A DNA stretch of 34,393 nucleotides, from NCBI GenBank assembly GCA_036521515.1, contig DATDHP010000086.1, positions 1 through 34,393 of the forward strand. Direction: 5' to 3'. A program made the position numbers and the translations under genes. A model generated the notes under the pieces. It did no database searches. It was not told where the DNA came from and saw only the letters and a list, made by a program, of their open reading frames with translations. This document shows positions 1 to 9,921 of this stretch, in pieces. Origin of the DNA: Vicinamibacterales bacterium (lineage in GTDB: Bacteria > Acidobacteriota > Vicinamibacteria > Vicinamibacterales > UBA2999). Within the stretch, counting starts at the first letter, position 1. Each line of letters begins with the position of its first letter.

Positions 1-312
1 CCCGGGTACATCCTGTATTTCAACGGCGAGTGGAACCAGGTCGATCTTGCGGAAGGACGCTTCGCGACGCGGCTCTACAGGGTGATCGGGGAGACGCAGT
101 TCAGCCCGTTCATCGCCTGGGTGAACAACTTCCAGTTCGACACGCAGAGCTCAGTACTCGGATGGCAGTCGCGGTTCCGATGGATCATGAAACCGGGCAA
201 CGACCTCTATGTGGTCTACACGCACAACTGGCTGGACGATCCGCTGCTCAGCCGTTTCGCCACGCTCGATAAGCGTCTCGCCTCTAAAGTTTTGTATACA
301 CACAGGTTCTAG
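1..312 (+). CDS. C-terminal fragment of an outer-membrane beta-barrel-type protein (DUF5916-like tail); 5' end lies outside the window
   Basis: Frame 1 is open from base 1 to TAG 310-312. Alternating aromatic/polar beta-strand pattern (FQFDTQSSVLGWQSRFRWIMKPGNDLYVVYTHNW). Terminal residues YTHRF end in Phe, as in OM barrels. Confidence 0.6.
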   Translation, partial: PGYILYFNGEWNQVDLAEGRFATRLYRVIGETQFSPFIAWVNNFQFDTQSSVLGWQSRFRWIMKPGNDLYVVYTHNWLDDPLLSRFATLDKRLASKVLYTHRF

Positions 313-447
313 GTTTTCTGGCTTTCGCCAAAATGTGAGCGGCCTCCACTGAGATAATTCCTTCCCCACACAGGGTCCGGGATTGAATATGCTGATGGGG
401 AAGGGCCGACACCCTCATACCAGACTGTCAGCCTTCTCGCCTGGCCC

Positions 448-478
448 CAGCCGGCGGCGTTGCCCACGCCGCCGGCTG
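448..478. terminator. GC-rich hairpin between convergent gene ends
   Basis: CAGCCGGCGGCG (448-459) pairs perfectly with CGCCGCCGGCTG (467-478), giving a 12-bp stem and 7-nt loop. No obvious U-tract. Confidence 0.45.
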
Positions 479-498
479 TCGGCCAAACGCTCCACCGC

Positions 499-858
499 TC
501 AATGAATCGTGTCGCTGGACGCGCGGTGCGCGTCGATGACCCGCTGAATCATTGCGTTCAACTCGCGTTCGGGGATATCGAATGGCCCGGCGACGGCGGC
601 GCCTAGTGCGAGTTCGAGCGCAATCACGACGCCTCCGTCCTCGAACGGGTTCACGATCCAGCTGAAGCCGCGAAGCGCCACCGGCCGCTCCGGCGCCGCA
701 TCAGGGTGCCTGGCGCGATCGAGCGTCCGCAGCATACCGACGAGCACCGCAGCCACGTCGCTGTCCGTCCAGGAACCCGGCTCGCGCGGGACGGGGGCAA
801 TCACGTGCGTCGTCGCGTGATTGTCGCCCCGCAGCCAGACGTCTACAGAGAACTCCAT
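499..858 (-). CDS. hypothetical protein (119 aa)
   Basis: ATG at 858 ([11 protein letters not shown]...) overlaps the TAG stop of the upstream gene (843-845) by 16 nt, suggesting translational coupling. High GC3. No recognisable motif. Confidence 0.5.
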   Translation of the reverse strand: MEFSVDVWLRGDNHATTHVIAPVPREPGSWTDSDVAAVLVGMLRTLDRARHPDAAPERPVALRGFSWIVNPFEDGGVVIALELALGAAVAGPFDIPERELNAMIQRVIDAHRASSDTIH

Positions 859-2954
859 AGGGTCCGCAGCGCATCGGGCGAGGTCACCGGGGCTTCGCAG
901 GCAAAGTCCCGGCACAGGTATGCGGCCGCTCGCCCCTCGCGCATTGTCATGGCGGCCGTCCAGGGCAGCAGCCGCGCCAGCGCGTCCGCGTGGACAGGGT
1001 CCGCGCGGATCACCACCGCGTCGGGGCGATAGCGCTCGCGTGCGACGGCCACCAGCGCGAGCGCGTCCGGTTCGCCGCCCGCGATCACGAGTTGCGGCAT
1101 GCCGGAATGATAGGTCGACAGCGCCGCGAGCATCATCGGCACGGCGCGGCCCATTTGTGCGGCGCGGCCGGCGAACGCGGCGAAGGTCCTCTCGATCTTT
1201 TGCGACATCGCCGGGTCGGCGGTGAGATGCGACAGCGTCAGCAGGTTGAGGACCGAGATCGAGCTCGCCGCGGGCTCCGCGCCGTCGTAGTCCTCTTTGA
1301 GACGAAGCAGCACGGAGGCGTCACGTCCGGTCGTGCTGAACCAGCCGCCGTCAACGGCGTCCCAGAACAGCTCGTCCTGCCGCCGCTGGAGGGTCAGCGC
1401 CCACTCGAGCCAGCGCGGGTCTCCATCGGCCTGGAACAGCTCGAGCAGCCCGCAGGTCAGATACGCGTAGTCTTCGGCGTAGCCCTCGACGCCCGCATCG
1501 CCCCGCCGATAGCGGCGGAAAAGCGTGCCCGAGGCGCCGTGCCAGAGGCGCGCGTGGATGAACGTGGCGGCGCGCCGGGCTGCGGCGAGGTACTGCCCGC
1601 TGTCATCGAGCACGCGCGATGCGCGAGCGAGGGCCGCAATCAGGAGGCCGTTCCACGCTGTCAGGACCTTGTCGTCGAGATGCGGGCGCGGGCGCCGGTC
1701 GCGGACCGCAAGCAGCTTCCAGCGCGCGCGCTTCAGGGCCGCCTCCACCTCCTCGCGTGACCGCCCGGTGCGCGACGCGACCTCTTCGATGGGCCGTGCG
1801 GTGTAAAGCAGGTTCTTGTGCGTGAACTCCTGCTGGGGATCGAACGGGGCGTTGCCATCCGGCAACACGCCGTAACGCAGGCGGAAGACGTCGGCATCCT
1901 CCGCGAGCGCCTGCTCGATCTCCTCGTCGCGCCAGATGTAGAACGCGCCCTCGCTCTTGTGCGGCTGGGTAGCCTGCGCCTGCTCAGGTGGGACGCTGTC
2001 CGCATCCTCGGCCGAGAAGAAGCCGCCATCCGCGTCGGCCAGGTCGCGCAGCGCGTAGTCGAGCGTGTCGGCGCCGACGTCGGCGTAGAACGCATCGCCC
2101 GTGAGCTGCGCGGCTTCGAGATAGGCCAGGACGAGCTGCGCCTGGTCGTAGAGCATCTTCTCGAAATGCGGCACACGCCAGTCGCCGTCCACTGAGTACC
2201 GATGGAACCCGCCGCCGATATGGTCGCGCATGCCGCCAATGGCCATGGCGCGAAGGGTCGTGAGCACCATATCGCGGGGCTCCCCTTCGGCCGTGCGCGC
2301 ATGCTCGCGCAGCAGGAACAGCAGTTCGCTCGGTCGGGGAAACTTCGGAGCGTCACCGAAACCGCCGCGCCGCGCGTCGAAGGCTGCCCCGAACTGGCGG
2401 CTTGCGGCCACGAGCACGTCAGGCCCCGGTACCGCCCCGCCGCCCGTCTGGGCACCGAAGCTCTGCAGCCGTTCCACGATCGACGAGGCGGAGCGCTCGA
2501 CGTTCTCGCGTTCCTCGCGCCAGACGCGCGCGATTTCCTGGAGGATCTCGACGAAACCGGGCCGTCCCCACCGTGACGTCGGTGGAAAGTAGGTCCCCCC
2601 GTAGAAGGGTTTCAGCGACGGCGTGAGCCACACGCTCATCGGCCATCCGCCGGAGCCGGTCGTCGCCTGCACGTACGTCATGTAGACCCGATCGACATCC
2701 GGCCGCTCTTCACGATCGACCTTGATGGAGACGAAGTGGCGATTGAGGACCTCGGCCACCTCCGCGTTCTCGAAGCTCTCGTGCTCCATCACGTGGCACC
2801 AGTGACAGGTCGAATAGCCGACCGACAGGAAGATCGGCTTGTCCTCGTGGTGTGCCCTCTCAAATGCGGCGTCGCCCCAGGGAAACCAGTCGACCGGATT
2901 CTCCTTGTGCTGAAGGAGGTAAGGGCTGTGCTCGGTGGCGAGACGATTGGGCAT
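843..2954 (-). CDS. thioredoxin-domain protein, YyaL / DUF255 family (N-terminal thioredoxin-like fold plus alpha/alpha-toroid, COG1331-type)
   Basis: N-terminus [25 protein letters not shown]...[25 protein letters not shown] is the family signature. 703 aa is a typical length. Confidence 0.85.
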   Translation of the reverse strand: MPNRLATEHSPYLLQHKENPVDWFPWGDAAFERAHHEDKPIFLSVGYSTCHWCHVMEHESFENAEVAEVLNRHFVSIKVDREERPDVDRVYMTYVQATTGSGGWPMSVWLTPSLKPFYGGTYFPPTSRWGRPGFVEILQEIARVWREERENVERSASSIVERLQSFGAQTGGGAVPGPDVLVAASRQFGAAFDARRGGFGDAPKFPRPSELLFLLREHARTAEGEPRDMVLTTLRAMAIGGMRDHIGGGFHRYSVDGDWRVPHFEKMLYDQAQLVLAYLEAAQLTGDAFYADVGADTLDYALRDLADADGGFFSAEDADSVPPEQAQATQPHKSEGAFYIWRDEEIEQALAEDADVFRLRYGVLPDGNAPFDPQQEFTHKNLLYTARPIEEVASRTGRSREEVEAALKRARWKLLAVRDRRPRPHLDDKVLTAWNGLLIAALARASRVLDDSGQYLAAARRAATFIHARLWHGASGTLFRRYRRGDAGVEGYAEDYAYLTCGLLELFQADGDPRWLEWALTLQRRQDELFWDAVDGGWFSTTGRDASVLLRLKEDYDGAEPAASSISVLNLLTLSHLTADPAMSQKIERTFAAFAGRAAQMGRAVPMMLAALSTYHSGMPQLVIAGGEPDALALVAVARERYRPDAVVIRADPVHADALARLLPWTAAMTMREGRAAAYLCRDFACEAPVTSPDALRTLWSSL

Positions 2955-2968
2955 GGTCGCTGTGAAGA

Positions 2969-3871
2969 CTACACCCGGGGCGTTGGCGCCGCCGGCATTT
3001 CATCCGGACGCCGTCGTCGCAATCGCGCGTAGGCCGCGGTGAACTCAACGCCGTACATGAGGATCACCGAAGAGATGTAGATCCACAACAGGAACACCAC
3101 GACCGCGGCAATCGACCCGTGGATCAGCGTGAGCTGGCTGTTCCTCCCGATGTACCAGGAGAAGCCACGGAAAGCGAGCGTCCACAGCACGCCCGTCAGC
3201 ACGGCGCCGACCCACACGTCGCGGAAGCGCGTCTTCGCGTTCGGAATGAAATAGTAGACGAGCCCTACCGCGACGATGAGCAGGATGGTCGCCGCATACC
3301 GGAAGACCCACGACTGGAACGCCGAGAGCCACGCGAACCGCGACAGCATCACGCCGAACCACGATGCCTCGGCAACCTGCACGGCGCTGACGGCGACGAG
3401 CGCGAGCATCGTGACGCTCCCCGCCGCAACCAGCATCAGGAACGACACCATCCGGTGTTTCCAGAAGCTGCGCTGCTTTTCGACGCCCCACGCCTCGTTC
3501 ACGGCGCTGGTGATCGCGCCGAACACGCCGAGCGACGCCCAGATCAAGGCAAGGCCGCCGGCCACGCCGACCGGCAGGCGGGTCTGCCGGAACGCGTCGA
3601 GCTGCGTCCGGACGAAATCGAGCTGCGTCGGAAAGTAGCGGAAGACGAACGTGAGCACCGCCGTGCGGTCCTGCTCGTCGGCCGCAATGGATCCGAGCAA
3701 CGAGATGACGAGGAGCAGAAAGGGGAACAGGGAGAGCAGGGCGTAGTACGCGATGGCCGCTGCGTGCGTGAGGTCCTGGCTGTTGACCAGCCCGACGAGG
3801 GCTCGCCAGGCGGCGAGGCCCGAGAACCGGAGCTCCGCGCGCAGGCTGCGGAGGATGCGGACCGGCGACAC
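2969..3871 (-). CDS. YihY / BrkB family inner-membrane protein
   Basis: [24 protein letters not shown] signature and about 6 hydrophobic segments. GTG start at 3871. Stop lies 14 nt before the next gene. Confidence 0.8.
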   Translation of the reverse strand: MSPVRILRSLRAELRFSGLAAWRALVGLVNSQDLTHAAAIAYYALLSLFPFLLLVISLLGSIAADEQDRTAVLTFVFRYFPTQLDFVRTQLDAFRQTRLPVGVAGGLALIWASLGVFGAITSAVNEAWGVEKQRSFWKHRMVSFLMLVAAGSVTMLALVAVSAVQVAEASWFGVMLSRFAWLSAFQSWVFRYAATILLIVAVGLVYYFIPNAKTRFRDVWVGAVLTGVLWTLAFRGFSWYIGRNSQLTLIHGSIAAVVVFLLWIYISSVILMYGVEFTAAYARLRRRRPDEMPAAPTPRV

Positions 3872-3986
3872 TGTCCGATTATGGCAGGCTCCGGGCTTCG
3901 GGCCTCAAGGCTCCGGAGCAGCAGGCTACAGGCCGGGCAGAAGCCCGCGTCCCGTAGCCCGTCGCCTGGAGCCCGTTGCCCGGGAA

Positions 3987-4409
3987 TTACGACCGATTGA
4001 AGTCGCTTCCCGTTGGACTGCCGTACCCGCCGGTCGACCCGGTGCTACCCGTGGTGCCGCTGTTGCCGCCGTACGAGCTGCCGGTGCTGCCATAGCTGCT
4101 GCCGGTGGCTCCGCCGGCGTAGCCGCGTGCCTGCTCGGCAGCATTCGTCGCGGCCTCGCGCGCCTGGTTCACCATGTCGCGGCCCTTCTCCGCCCAGGTG
4201 CCCGCCGTTTCGCGCGCGTGCCGATACTGTTCAGACGCGGTGTTGCCCCAGTTGCGCGCCTGTTCGCCGATCGCGCCGCGCAGCTCGGCACCGGCCTTCG
4301 GCGCCAGCAGTATTCCGAGGCCCGCTCCGAGCACGGTCCCCGTCAGCAGGCCCATCATGAACCCGCCGCCGCTGCTTTCATTCTCGTAACGATCGTAGCT
4401 GTCCGCCAT
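3987..4409 (-). CDS. YtxH-domain protein with Gly/Ser/Thr-rich tail
   Basis: GGFMMGLLTGTVLGAGLGILLAPKAGAELR motif. GGGAGGA Shine-Dalgarno 7 nt upstream of the ATG. Low-complexity GSTGSSYGG tail. Confidence 0.75.
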   Translation of the reverse strand: MADSYDRYENESSGGGFMMGLLTGTVLGAGLGILLAPKAGAELRGAIGEQARNWGNTASEQYRHARETAGTWAEKGRDMVNQAREAATNAAEQARGYAGGATGSSYGSTGSSYGGNSGTTGSTGSTGGYGSPTGSDFNRS

Positions 4410-4538
4410 TGTGCTGATCCTCCCTCACGATTCCCATCCGTCGGACACGCAAGTCCGGCCTGCTTGTATCCCGGCGCCTCATCCGAGGCGCGCCACCATT
4501 GAACCGACCCTGTCCGGATTCCCTTCAAACCATGTTGA

Positions 4539-4817
4539 TCAGTGCGACGTGCGGTCCTGAAAATGCGACGGCCCGCGAGCGGCATTGAACTCGTTGACCA
4601 CGCGAATTCCCTCGTTGGCCATCACGCCCAGCTTTTCGACGGTTTTCTGGAACCGTCCGAATTCACGCCGCAGGTCATCAACCGCCGGTTCGATGCGTGC
4701 GCGCCACGTGCGCCCTCTGTCCGTAAAGAAGAGGTAGGTGGCGGCGCAGCCCGCCATCGCGCCGATCACGGCGCCTGTTAGCAATCGAGACTGTTCGCTC
4801 ACACGTCCTCCGTTCAT
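4539..4817 (-). CDS. small membrane-anchored protein, YtxH-like
   Basis: One N-terminal hydrophobic helix (LLTGAVIGAMAGCAATYLFF) followed by an amphipathic helical region. Co-directional, 39 nt downstream of mlaD. Confidence 0.55.
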   Translation of the reverse strand: MNGGRVSEQSRLLTGAVIGAMAGCAATYLFFTDRGRTWRARIEPAVDDLRREFGRFQKTVEKLGVMANEGIRVVNEFNAARGPSHFQDRTSH

Positions 4818-4856
4818 GGCCCAGCGATGAGCAATCCAAAACGGGTGCCACGATCG

Positions 4857-6296
4857 TCACCTGGTCGCCGGCCTCTCGGCCGGGGTAGCCGCTTTGGTGC
4901 CCGGCGTCCTCGCCGCACCCTGGCTTGCCAGCTGCAGTTCCGTGCGATCGAGGAAAAGTGTCAGTGCCACGCCATTCCACGTATCTCCGTCCGGACTGCC
5001 TGGCGCGTCGCCGCCGAGCGCGATGTAGCCCACGGTCTGCGGTGGCAGCTCGTACCGACCGAGCACGTGTTCGCGGACGATTCCAGCCCTTTGCCTCGAG
5101 CTGCGGAAGCGTTCCGGAACGGTGCCGCCTGTCGCGTAGCCCTCGATGACGATCGGGTTGCTCGGCAGATACTCGAGGTAGGTCGCCATGGCCGAGTCGA
5201 TGCGGGCGCGGCCGTCTTCCGTCAGGACGTGGGTGCCCTCGAGCCCCGGCTGAAACAGCACGGCGTCGGCGAGCCAGATGCGCATGGCCTTCCGTTTACC
5301 GTTTTCCAGCACGCCCTTGCGGTATTCAGCCGGGGAGATGGCGTCGAGATCGTAATATCCGCGCCGGTTGAAGAAGCCGCGAAGCAGGAAGTTGTGCTTC
5401 ATCGCTTCCATGTTGTCGGCCAGATCCGCGGTGGCTTCCCGCGCCTGCGACAACGTGATGCGCATGTCCGCCATCAGCCCTTGTGCGGGACCGTCCTTCG
5501 ACCGGAAATCGGCGATGGCGCCCTGTGCCTCGTTCGACATGCCCTTCACGTTTTCGACGACGGACTTCACATCCTCCATGACCGATTTCGCTTCGGTGGC
5601 GATCTCCGTAGCGCGGCGGTACAGCTCGTCGTCGTTGATCAGCTTGCCGATGGTGCCCTCGCCCGCGCGAAGACTCTCGATGATCCGCTGCGTGTCGGCG
5701 CTGATTCGACTGCCGTTCCGGGCGATGTTGGTGATGTCCGGCCGGACGTCCTCGAGCAGGGCATGCGCGTCTTCCGCGGTCAGCGCGACCTGCTCCACCG
5801 CCTTCGTGATGTCGCCACGCAGCGATTCGACCGTGTCGTTGACCAGGGTGATCGTGTCGCTCGCCTGCTGCAACAGATCGGCGAACTCAAATGGATCGCG
5901 GCCCGGAATCGTCCCGTCCTCGGGCACGACCGGCGCCTGATCCGAGCCGGGAATGATGTTGACGAACACGGCGCCGACCAGTCCCTCGGTCTGCGTGGTC
6001 GCCACCGAGTCGGTGCGCATCAACTGATGCAGGTCCTCCCGGACTTCCATCCGCACCCGGAACTTGCCCGAGGGGCTGGCGGGGATGTGAATGTCGGTGA
6101 CCTCTCCCGCATCCAGCCCCGCGACGCGCACCACGGCGCCGACCTCCAGCTGTCCCAGGCGGCCGAACTCCGTGTAAACCGGGAACCGGTCCTCGAACAG
6201 CATGCGCCGCGAGCCGATCATGAACAGCGCAGCGGTGAACAGGACGACACCCAGCACGACGAATGCGCCGGCACCGACCGCACGTGAAGAAATCAT
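4857..6296 (-). CDS. mlaD: MlaD / MCE-domain protein with long helical region and OmpA-like C-terminal extension
   Basis: N-terminal TM helix plus MCE core (VYTEFGRLGQLEVGAVVRVAGLDAGEVTDIHI). Sits downstream of mlaE and mlaF. C-terminal roughly 115 aa resembles an OmpA_C/MotB-type fold (PIVIEGYA...SRQRAGIVREHVL). Confidence 0.85.
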   Translation of the reverse strand: MISSRAVGAGAFVVLGVVLFTAALFMIGSRRMLFEDRFPVYTEFGRLGQLEVGAVVRVAGLDAGEVTDIHIPASPSGKFRVRMEVREDLHQLMRTDSVATTQTEGLVGAVFVNIIPGSDQAPVVPEDGTIPGRDPFEFADLLQQASDTITLVNDTVESLRGDITKAVEQVALTAEDAHALLEDVRPDITNIARNGSRISADTQRIIESLRAGEGTIGKLINDDELYRRATEIATEAKSVMEDVKSVVENVKGMSNEAQGAIADFRSKDGPAQGLMADMRITLSQAREATADLADNMEAMKHNFLLRGFFNRRGYYDLDAISPAEYRKGVLENGKRKAMRIWLADAVLFQPGLEGTHVLTEDGRARIDSAMATYLEYLPSNPIVIEGYATGGTVPERFRSSRQRAGIVREHVLGRYELPPQTVGYIALGGDAPGSPDGDTWNGVALTLFLDRTELQLASQGAARTPGTKAATPAERPATR

Positions 6297-6342
6297 TCCG
6301 CTCTGCCTTCCGGTGTTGCGCTCTTCGCTCTCACGCGGCCGT

Positions 6343-6413
6343 GGAGACGCGGCGACGCGGAGAAAGCCCGCCCGGATTGCCTCCGCGTCTCCGCGCCTCC
6401 GCGGCTCGTGGCT
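6343..6413. repeat. Imperfect hairpin, GACGCGG-word family (family 2), between mlaF and mlaD
   Basis: CGCGGCCGTGGAGACGCGGCGACGCGGAG faces CCTCCGCGTCTCCGCGCCTCCGCGG. The 20-mer GGAGACGCGGCGACGCGGAG (6352-6371) recurs identically at 12564-12583. Confidence 0.75.
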
Positions 6414-6422
6414 CTCATCTTT

Positions 6423-7163
6423 CTACCCCGCGTTCTCCGACCGCATGAACGCGCGCACCACGTCGTTGTCGCTGCCATCCAGCTCCTCCGCGGTGCCGCG
6501 CGCAATCAGGCGTCCCTCGTGCAGCATGGCCAACTCGTCGCCGACGTGGCGCGCGCTTGGAATGTTGTGGGTCACCACGACGAGCGTCGTCCCCTTCTTC
6601 TTGAGATTGAGGAGCAGCTCGTCGATCTCGTCGGAGGTGATCGGATCGAGTCCCGCCGTGGGCTCGTCCACCAGCAGGATGTCCGGATCGAGCGCCATGG
6701 CGCGCGCGAGTCCCGCCCGCTTGCGCATGCCGCCCGAGAGGTCGGCCGGCATCTTGTCGTAGTCCTTCTCGAGCCCCACGTCGGCCAGTTTCGCCTTCGC
6801 CACCGAACGAATCTTCTCGTCCGTCCAGTCGGTGTGCCGGCGAAGCGGGAATGCCACGTTCTCGCCGACGGTGATCGAGTCGAAGAGCGCCGAGCTCTGG
6901 AACAGGAAGCCCATGCTCTTGCGCACCTCCGCGAGCTCGCGCGCGGGAAGGGACGGCACGTCCTTGCCGCGCACGTAGACGTGGCCGCTGTCCGGCTTCA
7001 ACAGCCCGACAATATGCTTGAGCGTGACGCTCTTGCCTGTGCCGCTGCGGCCGAGCAAACAGAAGCCGGCTCCAGGCTTGATGTCCAGCGTGACGTCGTC
7101 CAGCACTTTGCGGCCGTCGAACGCCTTGGACACGCCGTCGAGCCGGATCGCGAAGTCGTCCAT
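6423..7163 (-). CDS. mlaF: ABC transporter ATP-binding protein MlaF
   Basis: Walker A GRSGTGKS, signature LSGGMRKRAGLARA, Walker B ILLVDEPTAGLD, H-loop VVTHN. Its ATG shares one base with the mlaE TGA (TGATG). Confidence 0.9.
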   Translation of the reverse strand: MDDFAIRLDGVSKAFDGRKVLDDVTLDIKPGAGFCLLGRSGTGKSVTLKHIVGLLKPDSGHVYVRGKDVPSLPARELAEVRKSMGFLFQSSALFDSITVGENVAFPLRRHTDWTDEKIRSVAKAKLADVGLEKDYDKMPADLSGGMRKRAGLARAMALDPDILLVDEPTAGLDPITSDEIDELLLNLKKKGTTLVVVTHNIPSARHVGDELAMLHEGRLIARGTAEELDGSDNDVVRAFMRSENAG

Positions 7164-7945
7164 CACGCGTTCGCCGGGAAGAGAAAGAAGATCAACCGCA
7201 CCAGCACCACGTTGGTCACGATGATCAGAATTGACGAGAGGACGACGCTTTGCGTTGCGGTGCGGCCGACGCCTTCGGTACCCTGCGTCGTCGTGAATCC
7301 GAGATAGCAGCCGATGGTCCCGATGATCAGTCCGAAGACGGCCGTCTTGATCGTGGCCGGGATGAAGTCGGTGAACTGGATCAGGGAGAAGGCGCGATTG
7401 AAATAGAGGTCCCACGACATGCCGCTGACGGTGAACTCGGCGAGGAAGCCGCCGACGATGCCGCAGAAGTCGGTGATCGTGGTGAGCAGCGGCATCGCGA
7501 GGATGCAGGCCAGGATGCGGGTCACCGCCAGGAACTTGAAGGAGTCGACCGCCGCGGCCTCGAGCGCATCGATTTGTTCCGTGACCTTCATCGCGCCCAG
7601 CTCGGCGCCGATGCCGGCCCCGACGCGGCCGGCCACGAGGAGCGCCGTCACCAGCGGACCCGTCTCGCGTATCAGCGCGATGGCGAGACCGGAGGGAATC
7701 ATCGCTTCGGCGCCGAAGCGCTCGAGCGACGCGCGTGTATGCATCGACAACACGATGCCGATGGCGAGGCCGGACGTGGCGACGAGCGGCGTGGACCGCC
7801 AGCCGATCTCGAAGACATGACGCGAGATCTCGCGAAGCTCGTAGGGAGGCAGGAACGCCTCGCGCAATGCCCGGAAGGCGAAGAGGGCCACCTCGCCTAT
7901 CCAGGCCAGCGCGGCGAGGATGGCGCCACCCACCCGCTCCAACAT
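7163..7945 (-). CDS. mlaE: ABC transporter permease MlaE
   Basis: Conserved LIRETGPLVTALLVAGRVGAGIGAELGAMKVTEQIDALE block. ATG at 7945 (MLERVGG...) is preferred over the track's TTG at 7963. Confidence 0.9.
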   Translation of the reverse strand: MLERVGGAILAALAWIGEVALFAFRALREAFLPPYELREISRHVFEIGWRSTPLVATSGLAIGIVLSMHTRASLERFGAEAMIPSGLAIALIRETGPLVTALLVAGRVGAGIGAELGAMKVTEQIDALEAAAVDSFKFLAVTRILACILAMPLLTTITDFCGIVGGFLAEFTVSGMSWDLYFNRAFSLIQFTDFIPATIKTAVFGLIIGTIGCYLGFTTTQGTEGVGRTATQSVVLSSILIIVTNVVLVRLIFFLFPANA

Positions 7946-7958
7946 GGCCCATCTGTTT

Positions 7959-7974
7959 TGCAACGGCCGGGCCA
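7959..7974 (-). promoter_or_regulatory. candidate sigma-54 -24/-12 promoter for mlaEFD
   Basis: Minus strand reads TGGCCC-GGCCG-TTGCA, versus consensus TGGCAC-N5-TTGC(A/T): one mismatch and correct spacing. It lies 14 nt before the mlaE ATG. A sigma-54 activator gene is the next gene upstream. Confidence 0.3.
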
Positions 7975-8025
7975 GGAACCCCGGGCGCCGAACCGGACGA
8001 GCTGGGTCGGCGCCCTCGTCGTTTC

Positions 8026-8208
8026 CCGCTTCTCGGTTCTCCCTTCTCTGGTTCGTGTTCAGGTTCGGTGTTCGGTTCGACGTTCGCGCGTCGCGCCTTG
8101 CGGCGCTCGGGCCGGATGTTCGGGCGCCGAGCGCCGCGAACCTGAACCACGAACCGAACCCTGAACGTGAACACGAACCGAGAAGCGAGAAGGCAGAAGG
8201 GAGAACGG
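8026..8208. repeat. About 180-nt compound inverted repeat built from GGTTC/GAACC and TTCTC/GAGAA 6-7-nt words
   Basis: Perfect sub-pairings: 8028-8037 with 8178-8187; 8038-8048 with 8196-8206; 8051-8061 with 8167-8177; inner stem 8101-8110 with 8127-8136. Word order is partly permuted between the arms. Confidence 0.8.
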
Positions 8209-8222
8209 CAGGGCGGGGAGGT

Positions 8223-9647
<1,425 letters not shown>

Positions 9648-9725
9648 TGATCACCTGGTGGGCGGCCGGTAATTTATCACACTGCGTTGGCAAACAATAC
9701 ATGCCTGCCTCAATTGGTGAGGAAG

Positions 9726-9740
9726 GTTACAGGGTGTAAC
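9726..9740. promoter_or_regulatory. palindrome GTTACA-GGG-TGTAAC in the divergent regulator/mccB intergenic region (possible operator)
   Basis: 6+6 perfect inverted repeat inside a locally AT-rich stretch (9660-9760). No binding protein can be assigned from sequence. Confidence 0.2.
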
Positions 9741-9921
9741 TTTTCCACTCAGTTTAGCGTTGACCGCTCTACGACTCCAAGCGATTGGCACCCAGTTGCG
9801 AGCTCTACCGCGGATCAGCGCAGCCCGTGACCTGGCTCCCGAACCGTTGGTCCTATACTCCGAACCGGAGGATCCAAGCCCGGGACGGTCCGGGGACAGC
9901 ATCCTCCCCACATTGCGTCGA

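Noticed and set aside
4464-4481. Short hairpin GCGCCTC-ATCC-GAGGCGC downstream of the YtxH-like gene, considered as a terminator
   Set aside because: The stem is only 7 bp, with no U-tract on the transcribed strand. That is too weak to call as a feature.
4827-6287. 486-aa plus-strand ORF antisense to mlaD. Similar long shadow ORFs occur at 7920-9650, 990-1760, 3119-4000, 28465-29613 and 30559-31533.
   Set aside because: Their composition is dominated by Arg/Ala/Gly/Pro with no motifs. Each is fully antisense to a gene with clear family signatures. In about 67% GC DNA, stop-poor antisense frames are expected.
6423-8174. 583-aa ORF in the track that looks like one large protein
   Set aside because: Only the last 246 aa (from MDDFAIRLDG, ATG at 7163) form an ABC ATPase. 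The N-terminal 337 aa are Arg/Pro/Gly-rich and lie out of frame over the well-supported mlaE gene, which is a typical high-GC read-through.
9786-9799. TGGCAC-CCAG-TTGC on the plus strand, 120 nt upstream of mccB, resembling a sigma-54 promoter
   Set aside because: The spacer between TGGCAC and TTGC is 4 nt instead of the required 5. Sigma-54 promoters do not tolerate altered -24/-12 spacing.
9760-9921. Upstream start (track M at 9760) for mccB
   Set aside because: The extra 54 aa have no counterpart in carboxyltransferase beta subunits and would run through the promoter region. The ATG at 9922 gives the canonical length of about 535 aa.
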